This document shows positions 37,270-49,899 of a stretch of 64,000 nt of DNA, piece after piece (the first letter of the stretch is position 1; each line of letters starts with the position of its first letter). The position numbers were made by a program, and so were the translations under genes. The notes beneath the pieces are model-generated. The model saw only the letters and a program-made list of their open reading frames with translations, was not told the DNA's origin and did no database searches. Origin of the DNA: Camelus ferus (Eukaryota); contig NC_045697.1 in NCBI RefSeq assembly GCF_009834535.1, forward strand, positions 99,202,001-99,266,000. The letters are read 5' to 3'.

Positions 37270-37430
37270 TCATCTCCCTGTGTCCTCTCAAAACTCTGTG
37301 AGTAGCTCTTATTCCTCACAATTTCACAGAAGAGAAAACTGAGGCCAGCATTGAATACCTTGCCCAGGGTCACCCAACTGGTGAGTCCAGGGCCAAATCT
37401 CAATTTGTGGCCTTGACTCTAAACGCCACA
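37270..37430 (-). mobile_element. MIR
   Basis: 'atttcacagaagagaaaactgaggcc...ccttgcccagggtcacccaactgg'. Confidence 0.8.
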
Positions 37431-37980
37431 TGGGTTGCACTGCACCCAGCTCACGTGATGCAGGCCCCCTAGGTGTGCAGGGATGTAACATAATCTCCAT
37501 ATAGAGTGTGCAGCAAGGTGTCACAGAAAAAGTTGGGGACTGGGAGACTCGACTTCCTGCCTTGGCCCTGGCCCAGAAGAACTGTGTGCCCAAAGGTATT
37601 TCTCCTCATACCTTTGCTTTCTCATCTGACAAATGAGAGGCTTAGAGTGGCCCAGTCATTCTCAACTGTTTTTAGGGCTTTAGAGAGTGGACAAGCACAT
37701 GAAATTCAGCTATAGACTCTCCTCTTAGCAAAACGCACACACACACACACCCCCCCACACACACAGTCTTATAAACAATTTCAGTGCATTCACTGATCCC
37801 AGTAAAACTAGATGGCTTTTGGCTAGTTGATTTTTAAGGTCTGTTTATGCTCTAAAATTCTGTAATACATCCTCTTTCTACATAGTAATTTATATATGCA
37901 TATAGTCTCATTTGTGTGTGTAAATTTAAGTGTGCTGCACTAACATGTTCACTTTTGTTTTGGAGAAATGTATATTTTTG

Positions 37981-38591
37981 TTATAATTCGAAAAGACATA
38001 TGCACCCCAATGTTTACAGCAGCACTATTTACAATAGCCAAGACATGGAAATAACCGAATTGTCTATTGACAGATGAATGGATAAAAAAGATGTGATACA
38101 CACACACACACACAATGGAATATTACTTAGCCATAAAAAAGAATGAAATAATGCCATGTGCAGCAACATGGATGGACCCAGAGTGAATATTAAGTGAATT
38201 AAGTCAGACAGAGAAAGACAAGTATCATATGATGTTGCTCATATGTAGAATCTAAAAATAAGATACAAATTTTATTTACAAACCAGAAATAGACTCACAG
38301 ACATAGAAAACAAACTGTGGTTACCAGCGGGGAAAGAATGGGGGAGGGATAGATTAGGAGTTTGGGATTAACAGAAACATGTTGCTGTATATAAAACAGA
38401 TAAACAACAAGGACCTACTGTAGAGCACAGGGGACTATATTCAATTTCTTGTAATGAGCTGTAATGGAAAAGGAACTGAAAAAATATATATATATATGTA
38501 TGTATATATATAACTGAATCGCTTTGCTGTACACCTGAAACTAACATTGTAAACCAACTATACTTCAATAAAAAATAAGAATTAAAAAAAA
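37981..38591 (+). mobile_element. 5'-truncated, relatively young L1 (ORF2 C-terminus plus 3'UTR)
   Basis: Degenerate ORF2 peptide RKDICTPMFTAALFTIAKTWK...EYYLAIKKNEIMPCAATWMD; 3'UTR 'tgctgtacacctgaaactaac...ctatacttcaataaaaa'; TSD gtatatttttg at 37970-37980 and 38592-38602. Confidence 0.95.
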
Positions 38592-39019
38592 GTATATTTT
38601 TGGAAATAAAAAGTTTTCCTGAGGTTAGGCCTGAGATTTGATTTAGGAAGAAGTGTGACTTTAGGGATTAATGGGTCTAGGACATTGCCATTCAGTAATG
38701 ACAAATACCAATGTGTTTAAAAATGAATTTATTATAGGCATGAAGTTCATTTATTTCTCACTTACTCATTGACTAAGAGTGGTGTATTATTAGGGATAGT
38801 CACGAATGATAATATAAGAATAGCAGTTGGACAGTTCTTGTCTGAGAAATAATACCTTGAAATGGGTTAATTTAATCCAATTAGTTTTCCAATGGAAATT
38901 ATTTAATTACTAATGACTTCTAGCTTGTCAGGTTCTGTTGGGTGTTCTCATAGTCTAACCCCAATTGAGCTAATCAGGACCCTCCTTTTAAAAATGCCAC
39001 TTTGCAGTGATTTCAGAAA

Positions 39020-40530
39020 CAGAAATAATTAAACACTTGAGTTACCCAGGAATAACCTTAATAAGAAATGAATAGGAACTATATGAAGAAAATTAGAGAA
39101 TCATAAAAGAAGACTTGAATGAATGGAGATAAATTTCATATTCCTGAATGGAAAGACTGTTGTGAAGACGTCAATTCTCCCCAAATTACTCTATAGATTG
39201 AATGTAATTCAAATCAACATTCCAGAGGGATAAATTTATGAATTTAATGAAATACTTTTATAGATATCTGAAAAAACAAACTGGGAGGAGAGCTAGAGCA
39301 GCTAAAGACAAACAATGTGAGATAATAAAATCTACGATAAAGCCAGAGTAACTGAGAATTCTGCTATTAAGGTAAGAATTGATAGGCCAATGGAAGAGAA
39401 ATGATAGTCAAAGAGACCTTAAGAACTTTCTATAGGTTAAAAATATGGGGAAAGGAAGGATTATTAAATAGACAAGGTTGGGAGACAAATTTGAAGGTAG
39501 ATCTGGACCTCACAAGTACACAAAAATACATTTTCTGGAAAGTTCACCTTAAAAAGTGAACTCTAAAAATGCTTTAAAAGTCAATATTTAATGATTTTGG
39601 CATTAAGTCTTTCTGAGAATAAAATAACTAGAGTTACAAAAGAAGAAGTTAGTAGTTTTCATTACATAAAATTTTTAAAACTGCATGTAAAAAAAACCCT
39701 TAAAAAGTAAGAGGTAGATTAAAAGCTGGGTTAAAATAGTTACCAAAAAATTGCAAATTTTAATATGTAAGCTTTTAAAAAGAAGAAATATCTCATTCTA
39801 AAAATGAGGAACAGGCATGAATACAAGACAGTTTATGAATGAAAAGTACCATTTAGCAAAGATGTTTAATGTCACTAACGATCATACAAATGCAAATTAA
39901 AGTATCAAAATATATTTTTTACTATTATATGGCCAAAAATATTTTTAAAATTCATAATTCTTAAAGCTGGAAAGAGTATGGAGAGAGAGCTCACTCAGAT
40001 GGCTGGTATAAACTGATAAGATCTTCCTGAAAACCAATTATATAACACATGTCAATATCCTAAAAAGTAGTTAATAACTTCCAACCCAGCAATTCTTCTT
40101 CTAGGAATCTATACTATAAAAATAATCAGAAATTCCACTGAAGATTTGTTTACAAGGATGTTCGTAAACAAAAAAGGTAAACAAATGAAATGTTCAACAG
40201 TTGGAGACAGATTAAATTTTAAATAATTTATGGTATAGTCATAGCAGGAGAAATTATGCAGGCATTAAAAATCATGTCTTATAAATAATGTTTAATGACA
40301 CTGAAAAAAATCTCAATAAAATAAGTGAAAAAAATAAGATACAAAACCAAATGCTGCCTGACTTAACGCTGAATATATCAAGGCCTTATATTAGTCATAT
40401 GTGCATAGAAATGACTAGAATGAATCGCTTCCAATGATGTTGGAGAGATCATCTTGGATGGTACGACTATGCATGATTTAAAAAAATATGTCATGTGGAT
40501 ATTTTGAAAAAGTTTCTAAAATCAACATCG
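39020..40530 (+). mobile_element. Old L1 (L1ME-type) ORF2 3' half and UTR, highly degenerate
   Basis: 'aaagaagacttgaatgaatggaga...gtcaattctccccaaattactctatagatt', 'aaatgcaaattaaa', 'acccagcaattcttcttctaggaatcta'. Confidence 0.85.
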
Positions 40531-40609
40531 TTTAGTATTAAAACATAATGCAAACAATAATTTGCTAAAATTTGCCACAATAATTGAGAGAGACAATATA
40601 TGCTCAATG

Positions 40610-40808
40610 GCAAATGAGACTAGATGTTTCATCAGCCAGCTTCTGTACCTGTTTCTGCCACTTGTTTGCTTATGACCCTACATAAGTCACTTGTCTCTCT
40701 CTCAGCTTTGGTTTCTTCAGCTTAAAAATGGCAACCAACCAGACTTCCTATATGGAACCTGCTTTGCATACCATAAACTATCATATATGTAGAAGCTATT
40801 ATTATTAG
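40610..40808 (+). mobile_element. MIR
   Basis: 'tatgaccctacataagtcacttgtctctctctcagctttggtttcttcagcttaaaaatgg'. Confidence 0.7.

Positions 40809-40809
<1 letters not shown>

Positions 40810-40843
<34 letters not shown>
40810..40843. repeat. (TG)17 microsatellite
   Basis: Read directly. Confidence 0.96.
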
Positions 40844-40844
<1 letters not shown>

Positions 40845-41951
40845 CTGAATTTAGAACTCCAACCTAAATGGGCCTTGTAGATTACAGCAAAAATTTACTA
40901 ACCTATACCTGAGAAGCCTTGGTCCTGAAAATCTTAACATGAAATGTATGTACGTGTTTCCTCATGCAGAGGCGCCATCTTTGGTCCTGTGAACAAACGT
41001 GTGCTGATCTATGACAACTGGTTTGGTAGCCAGGAGAGGAGGGATTGATTACTTTCAGGGCTAGGGTGGAGGAGATAAGAGAAAGACCAACGCATATAGG
41101 TTGATTTTATTATTAGCTTGATGAAGGTGAAATGGGCTTTGGGCATGAATGATGCATTCCAAGTTGGATATTTTTCTTATCAAACAAAACACAAGACTGT
41201 GAATTCTAGCTTAGCAAATTCTATGTTCCTGTTGAGGGTAGAGGGCTTTGGTTCACAGCTCAGGCTACTGGATGGTCAGGACTGAGGGGCCACATGGGGA
41301 GATGTACGGATCTCTACTCACATCCAGCTCTTCCCTTCCCTCACTTCCTCTTCTCTGTCCAGGGGCACAATGCCAGGATAGTTATAACTTACAGTGTGTG
41401 CAGAGGGACAAGGCGTTCATCTGTCACAGAGGCACTGCAATTTTCCTGGCTTTTCAAGCTGTGTTCATAACACAACACTGAAATCCACTCATCCATCATT
41501 CATTCATCCGTCTATCCATTCATGTACTTATTCATCCATCCATTCATTCTTCAAACAGCTGTGTGTGCCTAGACCCCCCCCCCATCTCTGGTGGCCTCAA
41601 TATTTTCAATGAACATACATCAGGGTACAAGGGAAGGGTGTATATCACCGGCCTGTGGCCAACCGCTGCAGGCACCACACCACTTCTAAGCCCTGTTATT
41701 TGATTATCACCATCTTTATTGGCCACAGAGGGGAAGGGATATTATAGCTTTGTGGCTTTTGAGAGTTCGGTCCTTAGTGAACTGCCAAGCCTCAGCAGCA
41801 GCTCCCAGATCACAGTGTGGGGGATTTTTATGACCACATCTCAGTTCTCACCAGAAAAAAAGGCAAAAAAGGAGGAAACAGGTGACACATCACAGAATAC
41901 ACAGCAACGGAGAAGCCCAACAAAGCCAGATCCTAACCCTCCCCCTCTTAC

Positions 41952-42160
41952 CTTTGTGTTCTCTCCCTCCCACCTTCCCTGTCAACCCTCCCGAGATCCC
42001 CTCCCCAACTGTACTCCAGAAGAATTTAAATTGGCTCAAGCTCAAAGAGAAAGAAACATAAAACTGACTATTCATTATATTCTGTGCGTGTTTTTTTCTT
42101 TTTCCTAATACGGATCGCTGAGCCCACCCCGGTGTGAGCAACTCCTGAGCAGAGGGGGCG
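41952..42160 (-). other. Candidate non-coding first exon, minus strand
   Basis: Strong donor AAG|GTAAGA at 41952/41951, downstream of a CA-rich tract containing CACGTG; 5' boundary is a guess. Confidence 0.3.
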
Positions 42161-43166
42161 TGCATGTGGGTGCACGTGCATGTGTGTGTGTGTGTGGGAC
42201 CAGTGAGAGGCACAGCGGGTGTGTGTGCGTGTGTCATGTGCTGGTGTGTGTGTGTGAGGGAGAGAGGGAGGGAGAAATAGAGTGTCGGTGTGTGATGTCC
42301 CCCCCTTTCTGACTGCGGAGCCTGAGAGGCACTCCTCTCTCAGAGCAATTACTACAAATGATTTATGTGGCCAGTCAAGAGGGCCTGCCAGGGTTCTTAT
42401 TTCATCTCCAGAAAAAGGAACTCTGCTGGAATGTTATCAGGGAGCTTGGGATTAAACTGACAGCTGCCTTTTGTTTTCCCTGTGAAAGAGCTTCTCCTTT
42501 GGACTGTGGCATTTGGTTTCTCCGCAGACAGCCAGAACTCAATGGAGGTGAAGACCAGCTAGAAAAGGGCCTCAAGGGAAGGGAAACATTTTTAAACGGG
42601 AGAAGCTTCTTTCTCTCCCTTCTGCATTTATCTTGAGAGGATGTGTTTGTAGCTGCTGATCTGAGGAGGCAGTCTGGCTCACGGTGGATGGGTTATTGTT
42701 TCCTTTCTCACTGTACAGAAGCATCCACAGCACCAAACCTCTCCCCTCTGTTTCCAGGGTTGTTTAGCTGGAGAGAGGAAAAGAAAGGTCCCTTCTAATT
42801 TGGGTTATTAATTGTGACCCTGGTCCCTGTCCTCTGCAAGGGGGAGCATGGTGACAGGGCCCGGGTGTGACAGGGCACAAGGTGTAAAACAAGGCAGGGC
42901 GAGAAGCACTCATCATATGTACAGGCAGGACAAGTCTATGGACATAAAAACAGAAGCCATATGTGTTCATGCCCTCTGACACCTAAACTCTCACAGACTA
43001 CTGCAGTTTTCATAAATCCTCGGTTGTGGCTTGGCTGGCCACAGCCCTCCCCTCCCATTAGCCTCCCCACCTCCTTGACCCCACCTGGTTTATAAGGTCA
43101 TCACACAGCTTTGCTGGGTGAAGGGAGCACAGGGCAATCAGTCACTGGGGCCGATTAAACACACTT

Positions 43167-43169
<3 letters not shown>

Positions 43170-43201
<32 letters not shown>
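43170..43201. repeat. (CA)n microsatellite
   Basis: Read directly. Confidence 0.93.
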
Positions 43202-43807
43202 GTGATGGTCCAATGACTGCATAATAAAGCTTTGTAGATAAATAATAGTAAATACAAATTAAGGAACCTCTCAAGAGATCAAGGGAAGAACGTGGTAAAA
43301 AGAGGTTGATGGGTAGGAGAGCTATAAAGGAAAGGGATATAAAGAAAGATTAAGGATTATAATAAAAGACATGGACTGTAAAATCATCTTTATAGTCTTG
43401 CGTTCTGTCTTAGATTCAGACAGTCTTTGCTAAAAATACACTTTTTGACTTGTGATCCCCAGATTTCATTTGCACCAAATGTTCTACCAACAGGTGCTGT
43501 GTAATGCTCAAAACCAACTTAAGTCTTACCAAGTAATACACATCTGTATAGGTCTTCACAGCATATGCTGACAGCGTGGTGAGTTCAGAAATCTGACTGA
43601 TGCTGGGGCTCACAGAGAAGGGAACTAACGTGGATGGAGGGCGTATTGTGTGTCTCGTGTGCTGCTATGTGTCTTTTGAATATTTTCTCCTTTATTTCTC
43701 ACTGCAACTCTGTAAGGTAGGTATTTTTATTCTCACAAATAACCTTTACAAATGTGGTTATAGATGCCAAGGGAGATTAAGTAAATTGCTCAAGGATGTA
43801 CACCTAG

Positions 43808-44233
43808 TGTGGCAGACACTATGAGCTGCTTAGCTAATATTCCTTTTCCTTTGTTCATTAAAATCCTTATTATATTTGAGGGGGGGACTTCCCAGCCTCC
43901 CTTGCAGCTGGGGATGGATATGTAAGCTGGTTCTGGCCAATGAGGTACATGGAAAGTATGCTGCGAATTTGCAGTTGGCCCTGCCCCCTCTCCTTGTCCC
44001 TTTCTTCTGTTTCCTCAGCCTGGGAGTGCAGGTGTCAGCCGGGTGGTGGAGACACCACCTTGTGACCTTGAGATAACAAGTACAAGGACAAAAGCCACTG
44101 AGGTGGGAAATATCTGACATCCCGAATCAGTTGCATTTCCTTTCCTCTGGCTTCTCAGTACATGAGGAAAATGAAACATCTTCTTAAATTAACCTAGGGC
44201 TTCTTGCACAGACAGATGTCATCCAAACTGACA
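43808..44233 (+). mobile_element. ERVL LTR33-type solo LTR, inserted in an antisense MIR
   Basis: Starts 'tgtggcagacact', contains 'ttcccagcctcccttgcagct...ttctggccaatgag', ends 'aaactgaca'; MIR pieces on both sides. Confidence 0.75.
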
Positions 44234-44574
44234 CCCTACTAAGGGGCAAAGCTAGAATGAGAACCTAAATGGGATATCCCTAAGGATGTCGGTCATACAC
44301 TCTGATACACTATCATACGATGATACCCTGTGATTCCAGAGCGCCCACAGGCTAGAAAAGCCCCGGACAAGGGGATGGTGGGATTTCTTCAGTTCATATG
44401 GGAGTCTCATAACTTAAGTAATTCTAATTTCTTAGACTGTTCTGCAATTTGGGTTTGGTCCAGAATCCAGGGAATTGGTTGGCTCTAATCTTCTGTGAAT
44501 TTTAGATTACTCACTGATAAATCAGGGAAATCTGACTTACATTACCTGGGATAGCTCTAGATCTCACTGCATTT

Positions 44575-44722
44575 TTTTCTTTCTCTTTTTTTTTTTTTTT
44601 AAGGGTTTTTCTGTGTGGTGGGGTGAGGTAGTTATTTATTTACTTATTTTTAGAAGAGGTACTGGGGGTTGAACCGAGGACCTTGTATATGCTAAGCATG
44701 CACTCTACCACCTCCCCTACTT
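44575..44722 (-). mobile_element. Camelid tRNA-derived SINE, long-tail form, box A damaged
   Basis: 'gaggtactgggggttgaaccgaggaccttgtatatgctaagcatgcactctacca'; TSD tcactgcattt at 44564-44574 and 44723-44733. Confidence 0.88.
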
Positions 44723-44879
44723 TCACTGCATTTCTTAAGAGTATTCTGATGCAGACCCACATCACTATTGCAGCCCCAAGTGGACATATTCCAGGACAAG
44801 GGACCTGCCAAGTAACCCAGACAGTTTTATTTTGATGAATATAGAAACAGTGTATCCCTTAGAAACAAAGAGTCCGCTC

Positions 44880-46900
44880 AGGAATTGCAGTTAAGCATGG
44901 CAGATTGAATACATGTTTATCTCCACTTCTTTTCTATCTTACCTCCTTACACGCCACAAAAACGACAAAAAAGAGACTGTTTATTTAAAAAAGCAAAATT
45001 CTACATAGAGAGAATAGGAAAGGAGCCAAAAGCAGAGATATGAGATGTCAACATAATTTTGGAAACTGGAAAGCAGATGTATGAGTGGTAACTAATTTAG
45101 GAGAACAGAAAGAGCTAAAATCTAAACTTCAACAAGGGAAAGCTAAGAAGGAGCTAATGTATATTAAGAATCTTTAAAAGCTCAGAAATTGGAGGTACTA
45201 GATACTTTTGATGATGGTGTATAAGTGGTTGGTTGAAAGTCTTTATAAGAAGCATTAGACTCTGAGATCCTTTTCCTCCTATGCATGGCCGGGCAACTAT
45301 TTCTTCTCCAGCCTGAAAGAGTGGGTGGTTTCCTCTTTATAGAAGTAGAAGCAGAGGGATCTGGCCCATGGACACAAAGCATAGTTGAAGGGGGTTGCTA
45401 TACTGGAAATAAGGAAATTAAATGGAAATCTACAAGTCAGTGGTGAGACAACTTTACCCCACTCCAAATCCTTCCTCCACTTGGCTTCAGGAACCCTGGC
45501 AGTCAGTCATGTATCTCCTAGACAGAAGATCAGCAGACTCCTCTCAAGGGAAATTAACCCGCCCAAGAGAAATGACTAACAGATCTTGGATGTCCCATGG
45601 CTGGGTTCCAGGCCAATCATCACCACTTGAAAGACATATAAACATAGGACTCCCAGTTACTGTTAATACTTTCCTCTTAACACTGAATATACAGGCAATA
45701 CCTCCTCACATTGGAGGACAGCCTCTAACATAAAATCCCGAGTCCAAATAAACAAATGAAAAAGAGAAAATAGAGACAGTAAAGGCAACAGGTTGACACT
45801 TAAAAAATCATTAATATATTCTTGGAAAAAATGTATTGAACCTATGAATTAAGAACAAGATGGCATAAACATTTAGAAAGTTAAAACAAAGCTTTTATAA
45901 ATTAAAAGTATGGTCGAGAAATAATATCAAACTAAAAGTAAGAAGGTGAGGTTAAGAAATCTTTTGAAAAGTAAAACAAAAGTCAAAGAGATGGAAAATG
46001 AAGAAAAAAGATAAGAAAATAGAGGATCAGTCCAGAAGGTACAACATCCAAATAATAAGTTCAGGAAGAAGAGAAAACAGAGTGGAGGAAATTATCAGTG
46101 AAATCACACAAGAAGATTTCCCAGAACTAAAGGACATAAGTTTCCATATTGAAAGGGCCTAGAAAATTCCCTGAACAACGAATACAAAGAAAGCCACAAT
46201 AGGGTACATCACTGTGAAATTTCAGAAAGTCAGGAATTTAAAAAAATTCTATGTTTCCAAAAGGTGGGAATTAGAATGGCAACGGCCATTTTGACAACAA
46301 CCTTGAAAGCCAGAAGAAAATGCATTCAGTGCTTCAAAACTCCTTCTGAGAGTTATTTATAGCCTAGAATCCTATATCCAGTCAGATAAGAGAGAAGAAT
46401 AAAGCTATTTTCATACATGCAGGCCTCAAAAATTTACCTCTCATGTAAATTCATGAGTTCTTAGGCAGTTATTAGAGGATACATTGCACTAAAATGAGGA
46501 CTAAGCCAAGCCTGAGACGACCTGGGATCCATGAACAGGGATCCAACCTGGGAGTGATAATACACACACACACGCACAATTTCACCAGAAGTTGGGATAT
46601 AAGGATAATTGGAAAGAGAGAGGAAGATGAAGCATGTTGGAGAGGTAGAAGGGGTAAGTGAGCTAAATCCATATTTTCCATGGTAAGGCATCAACAGGTA
46701 ATATCTAAAACACGATAATCAAAAGATAACTGGAGAAACACGTTATTTAAAAATACAGAGGTTCATACCAGCAGAAACAGCTAGAATATGTTAAAGCTTT
46801 GGGGAACAGACATCAGGAAGGGAAGAGGGGTAGGGCAGGCAGGGTTGCCACTTTCCATCATATAAATTGTACAGAACTGTATGAAACCATATTACTGTGA
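44880..46900 (+). mobile_element. HAL1-type element (L1 ORF1 only)
   Basis: 5' 'aagcatggcagattgaatacatg'; degenerate ORF1 EDQSRRYNIQII...EEIISEITQEDFPELKDISFHIERA at about 46020-46160; no ORF2 follows. Confidence 0.75.
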
Positions 46901-47859
46901 TAGACACTGCAGTCAGTGACAAAACAAGAGAGCCGGCTAGTTACCACTGAGCACCTACACAGGATGAAGGATACTGAATATGTCTAATTCCCTCAGGCTT
47001 TGGAAGCCATCCTGAGGGTGTTTCCTGTCCCAGGGGAACATTTCAATGCCCACAAGCTGGTGCCTAAGCTTCTCTGAGTCCTGACTTGTGGCTGTTGTGT
47101 AGATATGACCGCATGGTGGTGAACTGTGGTTCAGATAATTTTTGGTATAGCTCTGAAAGGTGGGCAGTACAACCACCCTAGACTTGGCCAGCCAGAGTGA
47201 TCATATGGGGGCTCTCAGAGTTGCCGGGAGTTTCCTGAGGACTTTGTGGATCCCACCTGCACCTGGGCTGGATCCATGACCTTCCATTGGCCGCTCCACT
47301 GGACCCTCACGTGGACTGTTGCCATGTGAGCCCAGCAGCTGGCCTTCCTTCCTGCCTCCAGTCAAGGGGGCAGGGCTGGAAGTCAGAGAAGGATCCAAGT
47401 GCTGGAAGACAAAGGGAGAACTTCCACAGAGAGATTTCTATGCAGTTTCCACGGCTCTGTTATTGAAATGAAAGAGTATCATTAGGGTTTAGAGACTAAT
47501 GAGGTAGCATCAGATAAGCTAAGGAAAAGTCACCATCTGTAAAATATCATCACTTGGAGAAGAAGTAAGTGCGCTTGGATTTAGACCACATGAGAACCCA
47601 AACCTAATTTTGATGAAATGAGATGAAAAATTCTGGCCATATAAGCAAGGCAGATTGGAAAGCGGGAAAGCTCGACTTTTCGATGAAAGACAAAGAGGTC
47701 TGTTCTGTAACTTGGTGTCTATCTAAGTGTCCATAAAACGGGTGGCTTGTAAATTCAGAAGTAAGGGAAGGTAAAATCCTGAAGTGTACTATGCTTGTTG
47801 AAAGAAAACTCTTTTGAGGACTGAATCTTTGCTCTTAAAAGAGGTAATTATGGCCTGTG

Positions 47860-48125
47860 GAATAATAATAGCCAACATTTATTGAGAACTTACTATGTGC
47901 TAGACATTGTTTTAAGTACTTTATAAACATCTGCTTATTTAATTCTCAAGATAATTCTATGAGATACATACTATGATGTATGTATGAGAGGTAAAAAGTC
48001 TCTATTTTATAGAAAGGAAAATTAAGAATCAAAGAAATCAAGTAACTAGTCCAAGGTTACAGGTAATAAGTGGCAGAGTGGAATTCAAATCCAGACTCCA
48101 AAAACCCAGGCTCTTAATTTACATC
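47860..48125 (-). mobile_element. MIR (near full length)
   Basis: 'aataataatagccaacatttattgagaacttactatgtgc...ctattttatagaaaggaaa...aagtaactagtccaaggttacag'. Confidence 0.85.
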
Positions 48126-49899
48126 ATCTCTATAAATGATAAGATTACGTGATGATGATAAACAAATGATAAAATAATTATCAGAAGCCTAGATAGGAAA
48201 AGGTATTTGGCATCAATGGTGCAATCTTTACAAGTACTATTTTTCACAGGTCATATTCTGTTTTTATGGATTCCAGCTCAGGCTTCCAGAATTCAACTGG
48301 GGTAAAGTTAAAACTTTCAGTTCAAAGCTGAAGATGAGCTTTAGATCAGGGCTCCCTCCCTCGCCTGCAATTTATCCTAGATCTCAAGAGATAAACAATA
48401 GCTTGCACAGTAAGACAGCAACAATAAGGATGACATAATAAATAACACTTATAACGTGTGAACCCTTGTGTCACTAGAAGAAAAAAGAAACCACTCGTCG
48501 TATCGAATGGTAGAAATATCACATCTGTGCATATATTCACCTTAGCCCCCATATAATTCAAGGCTGCCAAGCTCTGAGACCTAGAAATGGTGAGTCAGTC
48601 GGGAGGGGAGAGAGGGTGGGGGGAGCGAAGATAAAAATAGAGATGTTGATTGCATTGTTACTAATTCAGTTGAGCTCAAACAGCCCCAGCCTGGTGAGTC
48701 AACGGCAATGGCAAGAAGACACCAGAAAGAAAGAGGCCCGATGCTCTGTGGGGCTGAGCGGAGGGGATGCAGATGGATGCAGACAGCCACATCAGTAACT
48801 TTCTGCCATGGCGAGGCCAACAGCATTGAGGCCGTGGTGTCAGTTCAAAAACAAACAAGTGGAAGGTGCTGAGGGATAAAATGGGCTCAAATCGATGAGC
48901 AGCAGTGCCGCTGACCCTCTGGTAAAAAGCTGCCTTTTGTAAGAAGCCCCTGATTGTGGGGGATGGGGCCTGCAGACCGAGAGCCTCAGAGGCCAACTTC
49001 CAGTGTTCAGACAGAGTATTGTTTTCTCTGGGGTGTGAGGCTTACTGTGATTCCAGACAAGTCGCCATGGCAGCGGTGGGGGAGGGAGAGAGGGAAGGAG
49101 GAACAGATGGGGGTCACCAAGGTCCTGATTCTCATGCAAGGGCCCCCTGCTCTCCCCTTCCCCCTTGAGGGGTCCAGTGTGGAGCTGCTGCTTCCCTTGC
49201 TACTCCACGACGTCAGTCCAACTTCCAGTTAACAGAGATTTTTGAGTGCCTACTACCTGTGCGTCTTTCCCTTCTCATTAACATCAGCTCGTACAAAAAC
49301 ACTCTACCTCTACCTGATATGAAAACTGAAATGGGAAAAAGACCTAGCTTCCACACTCTCAAAGTTTATCTTTTCCTATTCCCAAACCTATATGGAGAGA
49401 GAGGTTAAAGATACATAGTTATATACATGGAATACAGTGAATGAATATATATGAATTTGATTGTGGTCCCCACATGCTAACCTTATATTTCAATTAGAAA
49501 GAATGAGGTAGTCCTTTAGCATCCTTAGACTTACTGTGATGGTCTTCCTCTAGTTTCTTGCCTGCATATAACACTGCTAGGTCCATCTTCCCAAAACATA
49601 CCTACCTACATGATGCAATCCTGCCTACCTTCAATGGTGGTCTGAAATTATTAGCTAGGAATTCAAGATCTACCATAGTTAGTCCCATTCCCCTACTAAT
49701 CTTCCTCTATCTCAAATGCTTCCATGTTCTGGGAAGGGTGTAATAGGTAGAATGAATGAGTAAATGAATGGATACATACATAAATAAGAAAACAGGCAAA
49801 GAAACCTCAGAAAACTCAGTTCCATTTTGATCCTTTGGCTCAGGTAGTTACCAGAACTCCCCACTCAAAATTACTTTTTCCTAACTTTCATCCATCCAG

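Noticed and set aside
38368..38568. 66-aa ORF resembling database 'hypothetical proteins'
   Set aside because: It is an antisense translation of the L1 3'UTR; the ORFs at 24359 and 51198-51573 are likewise L1- or MLT2-derived.
40971..40985. YY1/CTCF-like motif (cgccatctt)
   Set aside because: A single short motif with only a partial CTCF match; not supportable without binding data.
49000..49012. Partial match to miR-199a (ccagtgttcagac)
   Set aside because: The match stops after 13 nt and no complementary hairpin arm is visible.
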